Below are positions 13,911 through 28,065 of a stretch of DNA of 64,000 nt, one piece after another (the stretch's first letter is position 1; every line of letters begins with the position of its first letter). The translations under genes and the position numbers were made by a program. The notes under the pieces were generated by a model. The model had not been told where the DNA came from. It did no database searches and worked only from the letters and a program-made list of their open reading frames with translations. The stretch is from assembly GCF_001194135.2 (NCBI RefSeq), contig NC_068995.1, positions 53,684,644 to 53,748,643 of the forward strand. Direction: 5' to 3'. The DNA is from Octopus bimaculoides (lineage: Eukaryota).

Positions 13911-13920
13911 NNNNNNNNNN

Positions 13921-13951
<31 letters not shown>
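13794..13951. repeat. (GA)n microsatellite with a 10-N gap
   Basis: Direct inspection. Confidence 0.97.
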
Positions 13952-13955
<4 letters not shown>

Positions 13956-16041
13956 TGAGAGAAAGATAAATCTACTGTCGATGTAAAAATCTTTGTCTTT
14001 ACATCTGGCGCTCTCTTGTAATTTTATTCCGTGTTCTTTATCAACTCATTCTGGAACCGATGATGAACACGAATGTCTTGCATATTTGATAGAAGAGAAT
14101 TAGGAAATCGTGATTATGGTTGTAGTTATCCTAATACCATTAATGGTATACCTGTTAATTAGTTTCAATCCAAAGCCGAAACTGTGTTGTTTTCTCTGCT
14201 ACAATGGAGTTTAGAATTCTAATAGTAATACTACTATTACTATTACTACTACTACTACTAATAATAATAAAAATAATAATGGAATGAAACATTAGATTTC
14301 ATTAAATCATTCAACGTAAAATGCTTTGCAGTTTGAATATGTTGGAAAAGTTACGAAAGCAATTTGATGAGGGAATAGTTGCTAAAACGAGATTAATTCA
14401 GTATTAACATAGCACAATTATTCAGTAAGTAGACAGCTTGTATGTAGCAAGTAATTTATGCCATCATTTGAATGATTGAGTGTCTTATTTAAAGTTTCAG
14501 TGTTTCTTTAAATAAAATAAAGAAGTTTCCATCAGTGGATGATAGGCTTTTATCAAACTATGGTAAGGTTACGAACGTTGCATCTTTTGCAGTGAGAAGA
14601 AAGATTGAATTTCTATTAAGGAAATACTTCAGAGTATCGTTATCATAGGAGAACATGCACATGTTATAGAATGAAATTGCCTTTAGAAATCTGCAAGTAT
14701 TTGATGTGCTTTCGTAACGAGCATTATAATTTAGTAAAAGCTGTTAAAAGCGAAATAATTGCAAAAGAAATCTATAAAGTGTTAAGCGTTGTAAGACGAG
14801 CAAGCTTAGATAAATGTGTTGTGATGAAACATCGCTATATACTTAATAAGTAGGTGTTCGTAGCACGCCAGAAAACAACAACATTATTTTATGTTGATGT
14901 TGTAGAAATAGAAGGACTTGATGTCAATTTAGCAATAATATATTATCTGTCAGAAAAAGGGGCGAAGGGGTGACAGTGCCGTTACAGTGCCGTTCTAAAT
15001 GCCTCACAGTATATTCCACAGGCTGTTCGTTTAAGTTCTGAGTTCTCATTCAGTTTTGGTCGATTTTTTTCGCCTATCATTAATTTTTATGGGAGTTGAT
15101 ATAATGACTGCTTGACATTTCTTGGAAAAAGGGGTTAAATCAATTTATTTCCCAGTTACCCCACTTCCTGTTAATTTATCGTTTTCTGACAATGTTCAAA
15201 ATCGTCATATTATCTGCTAATACTATGATATGAATCGTTCTTTAGATAGATGTGTTTCATTCATAAGGGGAAAAGAGAGAGAAGAAAGAAGTAGCGGAAA
15301 TCATATACCATTGCATATCACTTGTTTAAATGCCTTACCCATAGACCGAGCACTAGAATGGCTGAAATAGTAAAGCGACAAACAAAACGTCTTGGATTTC
15401 GTTCCATAGCTTTTGCGTTCAAATTCTGTAAAGATTGACTCTGCTTTTTCGTGTTTTCGGGAATAAATAATAGCTATCATTTAATTTCATCGATTACACT
15501 TTTAGTCAAATTTATCGTCTTATATCTATCTTTAGAAGAAATCAATTTATTGCCTGGAGTAGTGAAGCATAAACATCATATGGTATTTTCTTGGTTACGT
15601 CTAAGTTTTAAAGTCCACTTCGACTTTCGTTGTTCCGCAGCCGATAAATTTATGATAAGCAAGAGCTATGCTTCACTGAAGAAGAATAATAAAACTGAAA
15701 CACGTACAAACGTACACACTACACTTATGTAATTGTCAATATATGTGTCACAGACAAGACTGCATTCAATCTTAATCATTTTTAATATCTCAGTTGTCCA
15801 CCTACGAGAGGCGAGAGCAAAATAATGAAAACACCATGCAACTTCTATTTTATGAAGGGCACAGACTATTCTAAACTGTATATAAATTTTTAATATTTCG
15901 ACCAGAAAAATTACGCTGTTATATAACTCTTTGAAAGAGAAATTGCGAAAACAACCGGATTAATTTCAAAACAAACGAAGGAATTGCCGCTGGAGAAGAC
16001 AATTTCTATACTGGTTATGAAATTATGCAAAGAACTGAAAT

Positions 16042-16170
16042 TGTTCTAAACTACATACAGACCATGATTATTTGAGACAGTAAAGAAATATCAAATAAAA
16101 CTATTTAGAAATTCAGAGTTGTCGTCAAAATCTAATTCTTTGGCAAGATATAACGGCTTAAAGATGAATA
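16042..16170 (+). repeat. 129-bp direct repeat, copy 1 (copy 2 at 17203-17331)
   Basis: tgttctaaactacatacag...cggcttaaagatgaata occurs twice with about 5 substitutions. Confidence 0.95.
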
Positions 16171-16462
16171 AATGTATTGCTAAAATTGGATTGTAGTGAT
16201 GGCAGGAGTGAAGGGATGCCCGCGTAGAAGTTGATCAAGCAGATCAGCAGTTCATCTGAAGATAAAAACATTTTATTTCACTTACTTCAACGGGAGATAA
16301 ATGTCTAAAAATGAAGTATCTCTTAAGAACAGGGTAAATATTTACTGAGTATTTAGTAAACAATCAGAGAAAATGAGACATAAACAGATAAGGTGGTTAT
16401 GACAGGATGAAGAAAAGTCAAGAGAAAATATAAACGAAGTTTCACATATATATATATATATA

Positions 16463-16510
<48 letters not shown>

Positions 16511-17202
16511 GTATGCATATATATAAGAAATTATGCTTGTGACGTAAACAATGCGTGTGTGTGAGTGTGTGAGTGTGCGTGTGTGTATGTATGTATGTAG
16601 GTTTGGATCTGCGTGTGGGTGCATTTGTCGTTTGATGTTAGATTAGCTCTGAAGACGCAATGTGTCTCTTACGCACAGCTGCGATAAATGGAGCTAATTG
16701 CATCACCTCTTATAATGAGATAACTCATGATTGAATATGGCAATGGTATATATATATATATATATATATACATACATACATATATTGGCAGAGATATGCA
16801 TTCACACATATACACACACTAATACGCACATTCATATGGAACTGGTAAACGAATATGGTTACAAGGAAACAAAGGAAAGGAAACAACGTTATTTAATGCA
16901 TGACGTAGTATGTGTATATCTCATTAGAAGTTGAAGCTTTCCAAATGCTAATCGGGTTCCAATTACGCTGCCGTTTAATCCAACGACTGGGTAAAGATGT
17001 GTGACAATAGAAATCAGCAAAAATATTCATAAATACTCCTAAATGCGGTTGATTAGAAAAAAATAGAACAAAAAGCCAGAAAAAAACCATAGAATATTTC
17101 TTAAAATTCGTGTATTTGATTGTCTGAAATAAAAGATGTTATGTATTCATTTATTCACATGTAAAATCAAGAACTGGAAAAGTTAACTTCTATCTTTCTA
17201 TA

Positions 17203-17331
17203 TGTTCTAAACTACATACAGATCATGATTATTTGAGACAGTAAAGAAATATCATATAAAACTATTTAGAACTTTAGAGTTGTCGTCAAAATCTAATTCT
17301 TTGGCAATATATAACGGCTTAAAGATGAATA
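17203..17331 (+). repeat. 129-bp direct repeat, copy 2
   Basis: Aligns without gaps to 16042-16170. Confidence 0.95.
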
Positions 17332-17332
17332 T

Positions 17333-17475
17333 AATGCGGCTATGCTGGAGCACCGCTTTGAAGAATATTCAACCGAACAAATCGGCCCCAGGCATTTTTT
17401 CTTTTGTAAGGCTAGTACATGTTCTATCAGTGTCTTTCAACGAATCGCTATGTTACGGGGACGTGAACATAGCGG
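17333..17475 (-). mobile_element. SINE family A, 3' half
   Basis: tgcggctatgctggagcaccgctttgaag...gctatgttacggggacgtgaac. Confidence 0.8.
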
Positions 17476-17512
17476 TTATATAGATATATTTGCCATGATA
17501 GATCGCTGACCA

Positions 17513-17579
<67 letters not shown>

Positions 17580-18279
17580 NNNNNNNNNNNNNNNNNNNNN
17601 NNNNNNNNNNNNNNNNNNNNNNNNNNNNNNNNNNNNNNNNNNNNNNNNNNNNNNNNNNNNNNNNNNNNNNNNNNNNNNNNNNNNNNNNNNNNNNNNNNNN
17701 NNNNNNNNNNNNNNNNNNNNNNNNNNNNNNNNNNNNNNNNNNNNNNNNNNNNNNNNNNNNNNNNNNNNNNNNNNNNNNNNNNNNNNNNNNNAAAAAAAAA
17801 AAAAAAAAAAGAAACACTGTGAACGTTTGTATCTCTTAAACAAAAGAACAAAACAAAACAAAAAAACGAACTAAAAGTAAAAAAAAAAAAAATCATCTAT
17901 ATACGGACAGCAAAAGTATTCGTTTCAACATTTACTCTCTCTATGTCCTGCTTATCCTCGCTTTATTCCCCACCCTCGCCTTGTCATTTTCAATTTCGAA
18001 TAAAATCTCTCTGCAAATACCTCCATTTTCTACCACCCACTGTATTTTCAGCTCGAAAATGTTAGCTGCCCATGATCGACATAATTAACATTATATCTCT
18101 CATATTGCCTTTTCGGATTTAATAACTTGATTTTATAATTAATCTGAAACTTGCTGTGACACTGAAGGGATCCAGCAAAGACAGAATTATTTATATGCCT
18201 GCATACGCACATACTTACACTCATACATACATACATGCATACATACATACAAATATATGTACGTATACATGTATGTGAT

Positions 18280-18330
<51 letters not shown>

Positions 18331-18431
18331 GTGTATATGTACGCATGTATGCATATATATATTATATATATATGTGTGTAAGTCTGTGTGTATATATATA
18401 TATACACACACACCCAAATACATACACACAC

Positions 18432-18466
<35 letters not shown>

Positions 18467-18985
18467 CACACACATGATTACCGTTTTGTTGTCCTTCACA
18501 GTGCAACGGTTAAATTTTAATAAATTTTAATTATTATTCAATGTAATTAATAAGTATAAATCCCACCAACTCACCCCCACCCAATAAAAACATTGGAAAA
18601 TCGATGCAGCAATAAAAATGACGGTCATATACAGCTTCGGTCACTCTTTCTTTCTTTCTTTCTTTCTTTCTCTTTCTGTCTCTCTCTGTTCTTACATGAA
18701 TATATATATTGATATTGATAAGCATATATGTATGTAATAATGTGTACATATACATGAATACATACATANNNNNNNNNNNNNNNNNNNNNNNNNNNNNNNN
18801 NNNNNNNNNNNNNNNNNNNNNNNNNNNNNNNNNNNNNNNNNNNNNNNNNNNNNNNNNNNNNNNNNNNNNNNNNNNNNNNNNNNNNNNNNNNNNNNNNNNN
18901 NNNNNNNNNNNNNNNNNNNNNNNNNNNNNNNNNNNNNNNNNNNNNNNNNNNNNNNNNNNNNNNNNNNNNNNNNNNNNNNNNNNNN

Positions 18986-19028
<43 letters not shown>

Positions 19029-20429
19029 CACACACATATATATATATATATACACTCACACACACATATATATATAAGTACACGCATATGTATATGCACA
19101 TACACGCTTATGTATGTATAAAAAGGAAGAGAGAAAGAGAGAGCGAGAAAAGAAGAGAGAGAGTGTGAGTATGCGAGTGAGACTGTGACAGATTGGTATA
19201 GAGAGCTATCTCTTCTAATCACCACTTTGAATTTAATATTAAAAGTCTCTTTGCAAAAGCTGCAACATTAGCCATTGTGTTTAAAGATCATTGAGATAAA
19301 CGCTATAGACTGAAAAAGTCTGTAAAAACAACGTCCAGCAGATTGTTTAAAGCGATTGTCTCGAATAAGCGACTTTAGTCTGGGAGTGCAGGAGAATGGA
19401 ATGAAGAATTATCAAAGCCAATACGCGAAGCCCGAATCTTCGCTAGAAGGATTTCATTGCATCAATAGAGAAATCTTTTAAACGAGTTTAATTAATACGA
19501 CGTTTCAGGGTAAATTACCGTAACATTACTGATAATCGAACTAATCCTATTAATCCAGATGAATCATATATTTTTTTCCTTTTGAAGTTCTCTGATTATT
19601 TAGTTGAGTGTTCATATGACGCCCGCATATCGATGGTATGTATATGCCCTCGCGTATGTGCGTGTGTGTGTGCGTGTGCGTGTGCGTGTGCGTGTGAGTG
19701 TATATGTGTGTACCTCATTTTTATGCATATGTCTGTGTTTGCTATTGATAATATGACTATAATCCAAGTTCAGTTTGTATGTCTTCAGAATTACAAGCAA
19801 TCCCAGAGATGCGATGGAAATTTAGATACGCATTGTTCCCCATCGTATATAAATGGCCATTATGTATTCGATTTCAGATGGATGAAAAGGAAAATAGTCT
19901 GATTGGATTTGAACCATAATCGTTACTCTCGAGTGTGTAAGATTTGGCAGCATGTACTATCAATTTGCTAGTTTAGGTCCCTATGTAATTTACAGTACCA
20001 TAGATGCCCTCATGCCTCCATCCAAACTTGATCCAGCATATCATTGAAGATATGGCATCTAGGAAGAAAGGAGGGAAAGAGAATGGACAGAGATAGAGAG
20101 AGGGAGATAAAGAGAGGGAGATAAAAAGAGAGAGGGACAGAAAGGGAGAAAGAGATAAAAACAACAAGAAAGAAAGGGGAGGAGAGAGAAGATCGCAACA
20201 TCAAACTTCGTAATCTTTCCAACAGATCTGATTTGAGCAACTTGAAAAGAAATACCTTGCTGAAAAATGTAACGTACCGCCCTGTGCACGAATCGAACCA
20301 CCGAACTCATGATTGTAAGACAAATACACAACTGCTAGGCCAAACACAGTCACATATCTAGGAGAGCAGCGAAATTATGGTTATCTTATAAGACATTATG
20401 AGAACGGTTGCACCTAAGTCTATATTAAA

Positions 20430-21335
20430 CACTTTTTTTTACCTGATGCAAGTTCGAGGAGCATCTACAATTTTATAGACTATTTTAACCATGAACTACT
20501 CTGATTAATTGAGATGTGACGAAATTGGTGTGCCTCGGGTCAGCACACCACCTGAAGAGCCTAAAACAGGTGGAAATCTGAAGATTCAAAGGCCTGGCTT
20601 ATATGGAAACTGAGGCAAAGCTGTCCCTCCGAGCCCCAGCAACATCTGCTGCGTGTGCAATCAAACACTGTGACGAACCTCAAGGTCCTTACAATTGGCA
20701 ACTTTTATGACGCTTCTGGTGGATCCTCGTCTTTAACCTGTTCAGATAGTCACAGTACACATCCGTATCGTTGATTCTGTTCGTGGAAAGGACCTCGTAA
20801 AAGACAACCTGCCAATCCGATCAAATTGAAAGCATGCCCTTCTTTCAGCGAAGTCCTCTGCTGGGGATTGTTTGTGGTTAGCTGCGCTTATTCACGATCG
20901 TTTGAAATTCCATTTTCGACCAGTTTACCGTTCCCTTCAGAGAAGGGTCGTTTCCTTCACGTACCTGCAACGAATCGCAGATGAACATTCATTGGGCTAA
21001 GCTCTCCTAATTCAATTGTTGTGTAATTTCAACTCTCCATTAAGATGCTTCGAGAACATCTGCGATCGTGCTGGTCCTATAACTGGGGCTAGTATTAACT
21101 AGCTCCTTCACGTTGTTGCTGCTAGTTTCAGTTAGCCATCCAGAGCGAATTGCAACTTGAGTGGAGAAAGCTCCTGATCGAAAACTTGAAAACTCACTTC
21201 TGGCACGCACGTTCCGTAATGGCATCCTCTCCGCAAACACTACGTATCTTCCTGCAGTTTTCACCTGCTTTCTTGGTGGTTGTTTTAAAACGAAAAAAAC
21301 AAACAAGCATGACATTTCGATCGTATTTGTTATGG
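20430..21335 (-). pseudogene. Decayed near full-length mariner (DD34D-type) transposase
   Basis: Collinear - strand fragments with frameshifts and stops: GENCRKIRSVCGEDAITERACQK / FRSGAFS..RSGWLTETSSNNVKELVNTSPSYRTSTIADVLEAS / NDPSLK..TGRKW / KKGMLSI*SDWQVVFYEVLSTNRINDTDVYCDYLNRLKTRI / LPQFPYKPGL-SSDFHLF*ALQ. These match mariner FRSGDFS, TGDEKW, KVMLSVWWD and LPHPPYSPDLAPSDFHLF. TIRs not identified. Confidence 0.9.
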
Positions 21336-21911
21336 CTCTTTATATTCATGGTGATCTCAAGCACACACAACTCAACCTGTCTTGTAAGTTCGTGTCGAAC
21401 TACCTTAGTATGTCAGGAATTTAACGAGTACGCATGCGCAAAGAAAAGAAAACGTGATCGGTGTCAAGTTTCGAATGACTATGCATCCTCAGAGGAAAAG
21501 AAGCGTTAGAACTTTTTGGCAAACCCAATAATATCCGGGGTTTTACTGAGCAGGAGAGGAGACAGAGAGTAGAATGTTATGATTTATGCGGGAGAAAGTT
21601 GGATCAAATGTCTTCTAGTATTTAGTTAAATCAACATTCTGGATTCAATTCGATTTTGCTCTTCATACTTTCAAGAAATTGAGTGCTATTCATGAACTTT
21701 TGATTAATTAATCATTTACGTCCCAATATATTATATTGCGCCAATGTTAGAAATCAATATTACTGTTTCATAAGTGCAATTTCAGCCCCTCGCTTAGTAT
21801 GACTATTCATAGCATAAGAAGACTGGGAATCCTGACTGATACCTCCTCACAATACTACTCATCTCCCTCCTTCCCACTCGTCTCCCTCCCACTCGTCTTC
21901 TATATCAAAAT

Positions 21912-22127
21912 AAAAGCTAGTGAGCTGGTTGAATCGTTACCGTACCGGTCAAAATGCTTAACTGTATTTCTTCCGGCTTTTCGTTCTGAGTTCAAATTTC
22001 ACCGTGATAGACTTTTCTCTTAATCTTTTCGGGGTCGATAACACAAGTACCAGTGATGTACTGGTGTTGATGTATAATCGATGACCCCGTCACACCAAAT
22101 TTCAAACCTTGTGCTTATATTGGAAAA
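21912..22127 (+). mobile_element. tRNA-derived SINE family B, full length
   Basis: gtgagctggttgaatcgttacc...ttctgagttcaaatttc (B-box)...ttcggggtcgataacacaagtaccagt...ccttgtgctta. Confidence 0.85.
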
Positions 22128-23220
22128 GGTTAAAGATCAGGATAAGACCGGGAAATATCACTAGATACATTAGAGCGTTGATGGCGTCTCCCCGTTTAAT
22201 GAGTCGAGTATATATAAGAAATGAAACTAACAACTGATAGTCTATACAAGGTGTAGTAACAGCAAGCTCAGATTCTTGTAATTTTGAGTTGCAACACATC
22301 GGAATGTAGCTGCCATAAAACAGCACACTTACTGAAAACAAAACAATTTCCGTATGTTTTGTTTCACTGTGTTGTTCTTCATATATCGAGCAGGTTACTA
22401 GTAGAATAAACAAATATAGCTTATTAAACAAAACAGCCAGCATGTTTCTTACAGCATACTTTAGAAAACGAAAATTGCTGATGCAACTGAATATAAACAA
22501 TTCTTATTAGCATAGTATATATAAGTAAATACAGTTTGTTTTGATTTGCATATTATGTCTCCTTGTTTTGGTACACTCTAGATTGTTAATATCACCTGTT
22601 TTATCAGATTTACGAAATGGCAGAAACGGCTATATTCTAGACTACAAATTCAAGTAGCTAAAGTATTGAACCTTATAATAACATTTTGCCGTTAAAACCG
22701 TTGCAGTTGTAATTAATATTTCATCAGGCTGAGAGACGTCCATTGTTATGTGTTACACGTAATAAAAGTTCTTTTAAGATTAAGCAATAAGAATAAACAA
22801 ACTTTGACAGACACATATTTAAAATGATCCACTCTAAATGTCAGCATTTGCAACTACGCGAATATAATTTACGCACGTTTGACCTTGTGAAAATAGCAGC
22901 TGAATGCTTAAGAAGTCAGCTTTGTAATTGCCAGGTCTTGGTTTCGTAATCTTGAGCTCCGGCTACGTGACATCTTGTGGCATTATTTTTTATAGTTTCG
23001 GGTCTACTTATACTTTGTACATGAAAATGGAATGGGATGGGATGGTCACAATTGAAACTATCGAGTTGTCTAGGGTTAAACAATAATAACAACAACTAAA
23101 ACAATATAGCGATTGTTATACAGATGAGAATGGTATATTTTGCATTGGAGCAAGATGACTGAGTTAAATGCAGCAGACATAATTTCCTGAGTTTCACCGG
23201 AAATTTGAAGATGCACTTTT

Positions 23221-23224
23221 CTAT

Positions 23225-23302
<78 letters not shown>
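23221..23302. repeat. (ATCT)n microsatellite
   Basis: Direct inspection. Similar arrays lie near 25530, 26843, 32436, 34205, 45907, 50458 and 55711. Confidence 0.97.
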
Positions 23303-23303
<1 letters not shown>

Positions 23304-25436
23304 CGCTCACATATACACACATATATAGATGTGTATATATATATGTACACACACACGCACACATTTAGAAGAGTAATAGAGGTAGATAAACAAGAAGGCG
23401 TAATGCGTGTTTTTTACACGGAATACAACGGAACGAATAAAATAATATAATAGTCTTATCGTAAGACCTGTTACGGAAAAACGCAGGTGTTAAGATCAGT
23501 CGCATCATGACCACCTCCATTATGAATTAAAGATCTAAAATGCCAGAGGTGTATGGATTAACAGGAAATTTATAGCTCAGTGAAACAAAACTACGTCATC
23601 CAGTTAAAAAGATGGCTAATAGCGAAAAGATTCTATTACTTAGAATTCTCCGATGATAATAAGATTTCGCCTCACTGTTCTATCAGAGTTCGTGTATTCT
23701 ACACACCTACGATATTAGGTTATGGCACAGGTCATGGTTTATCCGAAACAGCTGTTAAGATTAGAATATTACATTATACTTTTTTATTTGTATTCTTTGT
23801 AAATTGCATTCATTACGCCTATTTGTGTTTATCTGCCTATTTTCCTTCTTTACACGCTCGGCAAAGTTCCTTCATCAATCTGACTTCCTAGGCTGGAGCT
23901 ACCAGTTCCTCATTCGGGAGCTTGTATATAACTTTCCATTTATCTCACCACAGCTTGGTGAATATGTATACTACACTTGCTTTAAAGTTCTCCCACACAT
24001 ATGTATGCATAATATAAAGCTTGATTCCTTCATAGTTTAGTGGGTGTCTTATATTTATGGAGTGACTGATTATTAATCTAAGTAGCCATTATTTAAAATT
24101 TCTTGCCGTCCTTTCGTTGTTCCAATACTATTTCAACAGCGAAATGCCATTGAAGAACACCTGGTCTAGGGAACCTTTAAGAAATATATCGACATAATTT
24201 ACCGAAATGTTTCTCTCTCTCTCCTACTGTATCTACATCCTCACATCTGTATACATACATATTTATACAAATATATATACACATACACATACATGCTTGT
24301 ATGAATACATGTATATATATATATATATATTAATATTACACACACCTGAACACACCCACACTCACCTACACATACAACCCGACCTCCCCACATATATATA
24401 TATATATCGAAATATTTTCCAGTAAACCATAACTCAAAATGTATTCAGTACATTATATATGCAGACTTAATATTTCTTTTATTAATGAGGCAATACCTGA
24501 CAACGGCGTAGTTGTTGCTATACATTTGTGTATCTCTTCAAAGGTAAGAATGAACGTACGAGAAAACCACAGCTTTTACATAACTATTAACACACATTCA
24601 CATTAGCACACTCACGTTTCTGCACACACACATACACACCACACAGACACAAACATAAAAATAAACGAACAGCATTGTACAAACAGCAAGCGAAGAATTT
24701 TGCTTCTTAGAAGCCATCATAAATATATACACATATCTTATAGTCGAGATGTTTATTATGTTATTGGTATTAAAATAAAACTTTACAGTTCAGAAGCTGT
24801 TGACTATACTTTAGCTATACACATCGCCCTGTTTCTTTTTACCCATAAATATTCTCTGTATAAACGCTAACTTCAAACATTTCGCACAGGAAATCTACTG
24901 ATCACATACAGTTGCATTTAAATTTCTACTTTCCTTCAGGCACACCGTAACTTTCTACATACACTAGTCCTATATAAAATATACATGGTCCTCTCTCACC
25001 ACACGCTTCTGTTCAAAAAGCTTTCCCAGAGGATATGGACAAACGGTCTCTGCATCGGGTTTTATATTAGATTCGTGTAACATTATAAAAAGTAATGAAT
25101 GCATGAAAATTTGATATCTATAATATGTGTATGAATAATCATACCTAATTATTTATGTATGAATTCTTTTAAGTGGTTGTAATTTTGCTCGTTCTTATTT
25201 CTTTATCATTGTAGTTTTATGTATGCATACGAAAGCAAATTTGTGTGTGTGTATGCGTGTGTATGTGTGTGCATGTGTATGTGTGTGTGTGCATGCGTGT
25301 GTGTGTATTTTGTATGTGTATAAACGTATATATATGAACATTTATAAATAAATACAAATGTGCGTATATGTGTGTATATTTTTATGCATGTAAATGTATA
25401 TATGCATATAAACACACACACACACACACACACACA

Positions 25437-25504
<68 letters not shown>

Positions 25505-25533
25505 CATATGCATACAAGCACAAAATATATCTA

Positions 25534-25600
<67 letters not shown>

Positions 25601-26841
25601 TTATCTATCTATTGTATTTGTGAATTTGTGTCACCGACATAGGATGTCATGCTCCTTAGGTATTGTAGCATAATATATATTTTATCTAATTAATGCAGTG
25701 TATTCAAGCGTAATTGAATAATCTATCTATCTATCCATGCATACACCCCCCCCCATATATATATATATATATACACACGTTTATGGGATGTGTTGTATGA
25801 CCGTATGTATACTTAGCTCTGTAAGTAAATCCACACAATTATGCCAGTTGTTAGTGATTCTCCATTGATATTAAGCAGAATTGAAATGTGAGAACGATAA
25901 TGGCGGACAGGTGACAAGGCAATCGGATGCAGTCGCATTCTTTTGCCTCGGGAGAATTCATTTAGCTTGATAAAATAAATTCCAATTAGCGTCAATGTAA
26001 GAACATCTGATTCTGTCGGATAGAGGGTATTATTTTCTTTTCTGTATTCATTATTCGGTGATGAGAATGCAGTTTGCAGCATACCACTCCTAAATTATCC
26101 TGAAATTTACTCATGTAGTTAGTACAACATTTACTATCAAATTTGAAGAGCCTTCCAGGGAGCCGTGCGTAGTTATTCGACCAGGTAGAATTTTGTGCCA
26201 AATTTACTTAAATTCCACGCATTACATTGATGAAAAGCACGGAAGATACATTGCAGTGCTAGAGAGCGTTATGCCTAAATAGATAAAAACAAAAAAAGAA
26301 ATAGAATTATCTTGAACTTCTTTCCTCAGAGTTGAAAACAAATCGATTAAAACAACAATAAACACACGTTTGATGTGTAAAATGTAAGTACGTGGATAAA
26401 TTTCTTTTGTTGAACTTGGGAGCACAACCCTCTTCGGATTAAGCATGCTGTCTCGCAAACTTTGTCCTCCCTAATCCGATCAATTATTCTACACCCGCTA
26501 CGCTCCTTCGTTTCGTTTCATTTCCTTTCTTTCTCTATTGCTTGTTTTCCCATTCCGCCAGTTCTCATTCCACTTTTTGCATTCGTCTTTCACTCGCCTA
26601 TTCTCATATTTTTTCATAGACCAGCATGCTTTCAAGGTTTTTCAAATAAGGCCAGCCATGTGTTTTGTAGCCTGAATGACTGCTTGGAGACACAAGTCAT
26701 GATAAACAAACCTACCGGATTATTGTATTTCTACAACATGTAACTATTACCAACTCATATTTAAACACTATATTCATGAAATAATTTTCATCTCTCACTG
26801 GAAGGAGTACTTTTTTATCCTACTAGTAGTAGAATAATAAA

Positions 26842-26927
<86 letters not shown>

Positions 26928-26940
26928 GTCTGGAACACAC

Positions 26941-27025
26941 TGGCCCATGGTGTCACTCAGTGAGACTGAACCTGGAACGATGTGGTTATGAGTCAAACCT
27001 CTTAGCACACTGGGCTATGCCTGTG
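26941..27025 (-). mobile_element. SINE family A, 5' head
   Basis: ggtgtcactcagtgagactgaacctggaacgatgtggttatgagtcaaacctcttagcacactgggctatgcctg. Confidence 0.7.
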
Positions 27026-27361
27026 GGCTGTCAGTGCAGTGGACCAGGTGACACTGGTACCGGGTCAGTGGGTCCATCGTTGAGCCCTATGTGGCTAATA
27101 AAAGAAATGTATCTCTCTGCCTGTCGGTCTATGTATGTATGTATGTATGTATGTATGTATGTATGTATCTCTCTATCTATCTGTCTGTCTGTCTGATGTC
27201 TGTCTGTCTGTCTATCAATATATCTATCTATCTATGAACATGAAACACGTAGATGCATACACATAAATACAAATGTACTCCGACTAATACGTATGATTAA
27301 AGAAATTAAATGCAGGTTGCGGAGTGTTTGTGTTCATACATGTAATATATAAAGACACACA

Positions 27362-27397
<36 letters not shown>

Positions 27398-27450
27398 TAT
27401 TTTCAGATATATATGAATATATGTATGTATATGTATATAGGTGTGCATGT

Positions 27451-27496
<46 letters not shown>

Positions 27497-28065
27497 NNNN
27501 NNNNNNNNNNNNNNNNNNNNNNNNNNNNNNNNNNNNNNNNNNNNNNNNNNNNNNNNNNNNNNNNNNNNNNNNNNNNNNNNNNNNNNNNNNNNNNNNNNNN
27601 NNNNNNNNNNNNNNNNNNNNNNNNNNNNNNNNNNNNNNNNNNNNNNNNNNNNNNNNNNNNNNNNNNNNNNNNNNNNNNNNNNNNNNNNNNNNNNNNNNNN
27701 NNNNNNNNNNNNNNNNNNNNNNNNNNNNNNNNNNNNNNNNNNNNNNNNNNNNNNNNNNNNNNNNNNNNNATATATATATATATATATATATACATATATA
27801 TGCGTACATATGTGTGTTTATATGCGTGTATATTTGTGTATGCGTGTGTGTATTGTTTGCATAAATATGCATATGAAATCATAAAGATGCCTTCGAAGTG
27901 GTTGATTCTTCACAGCAGGAAAGTGCAAATAACTATAATACAAATTCCTACCCGTACATCTCATTAAACGTATGATGTAAATTGCAAATTTTAATTGTAA
28001 CTCAGAATTATGGTTCCACTTAAACGCGAAGAGCGACGTTTTAAGCAAGAATGTGGATATTTATC

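Noticed and set aside
28010-28025. Exact 16-mer atggttccacttaaac shared with about 40465
   Set aside because: One 16-mer match is expected by chance at this window size, and the flanks do not align.
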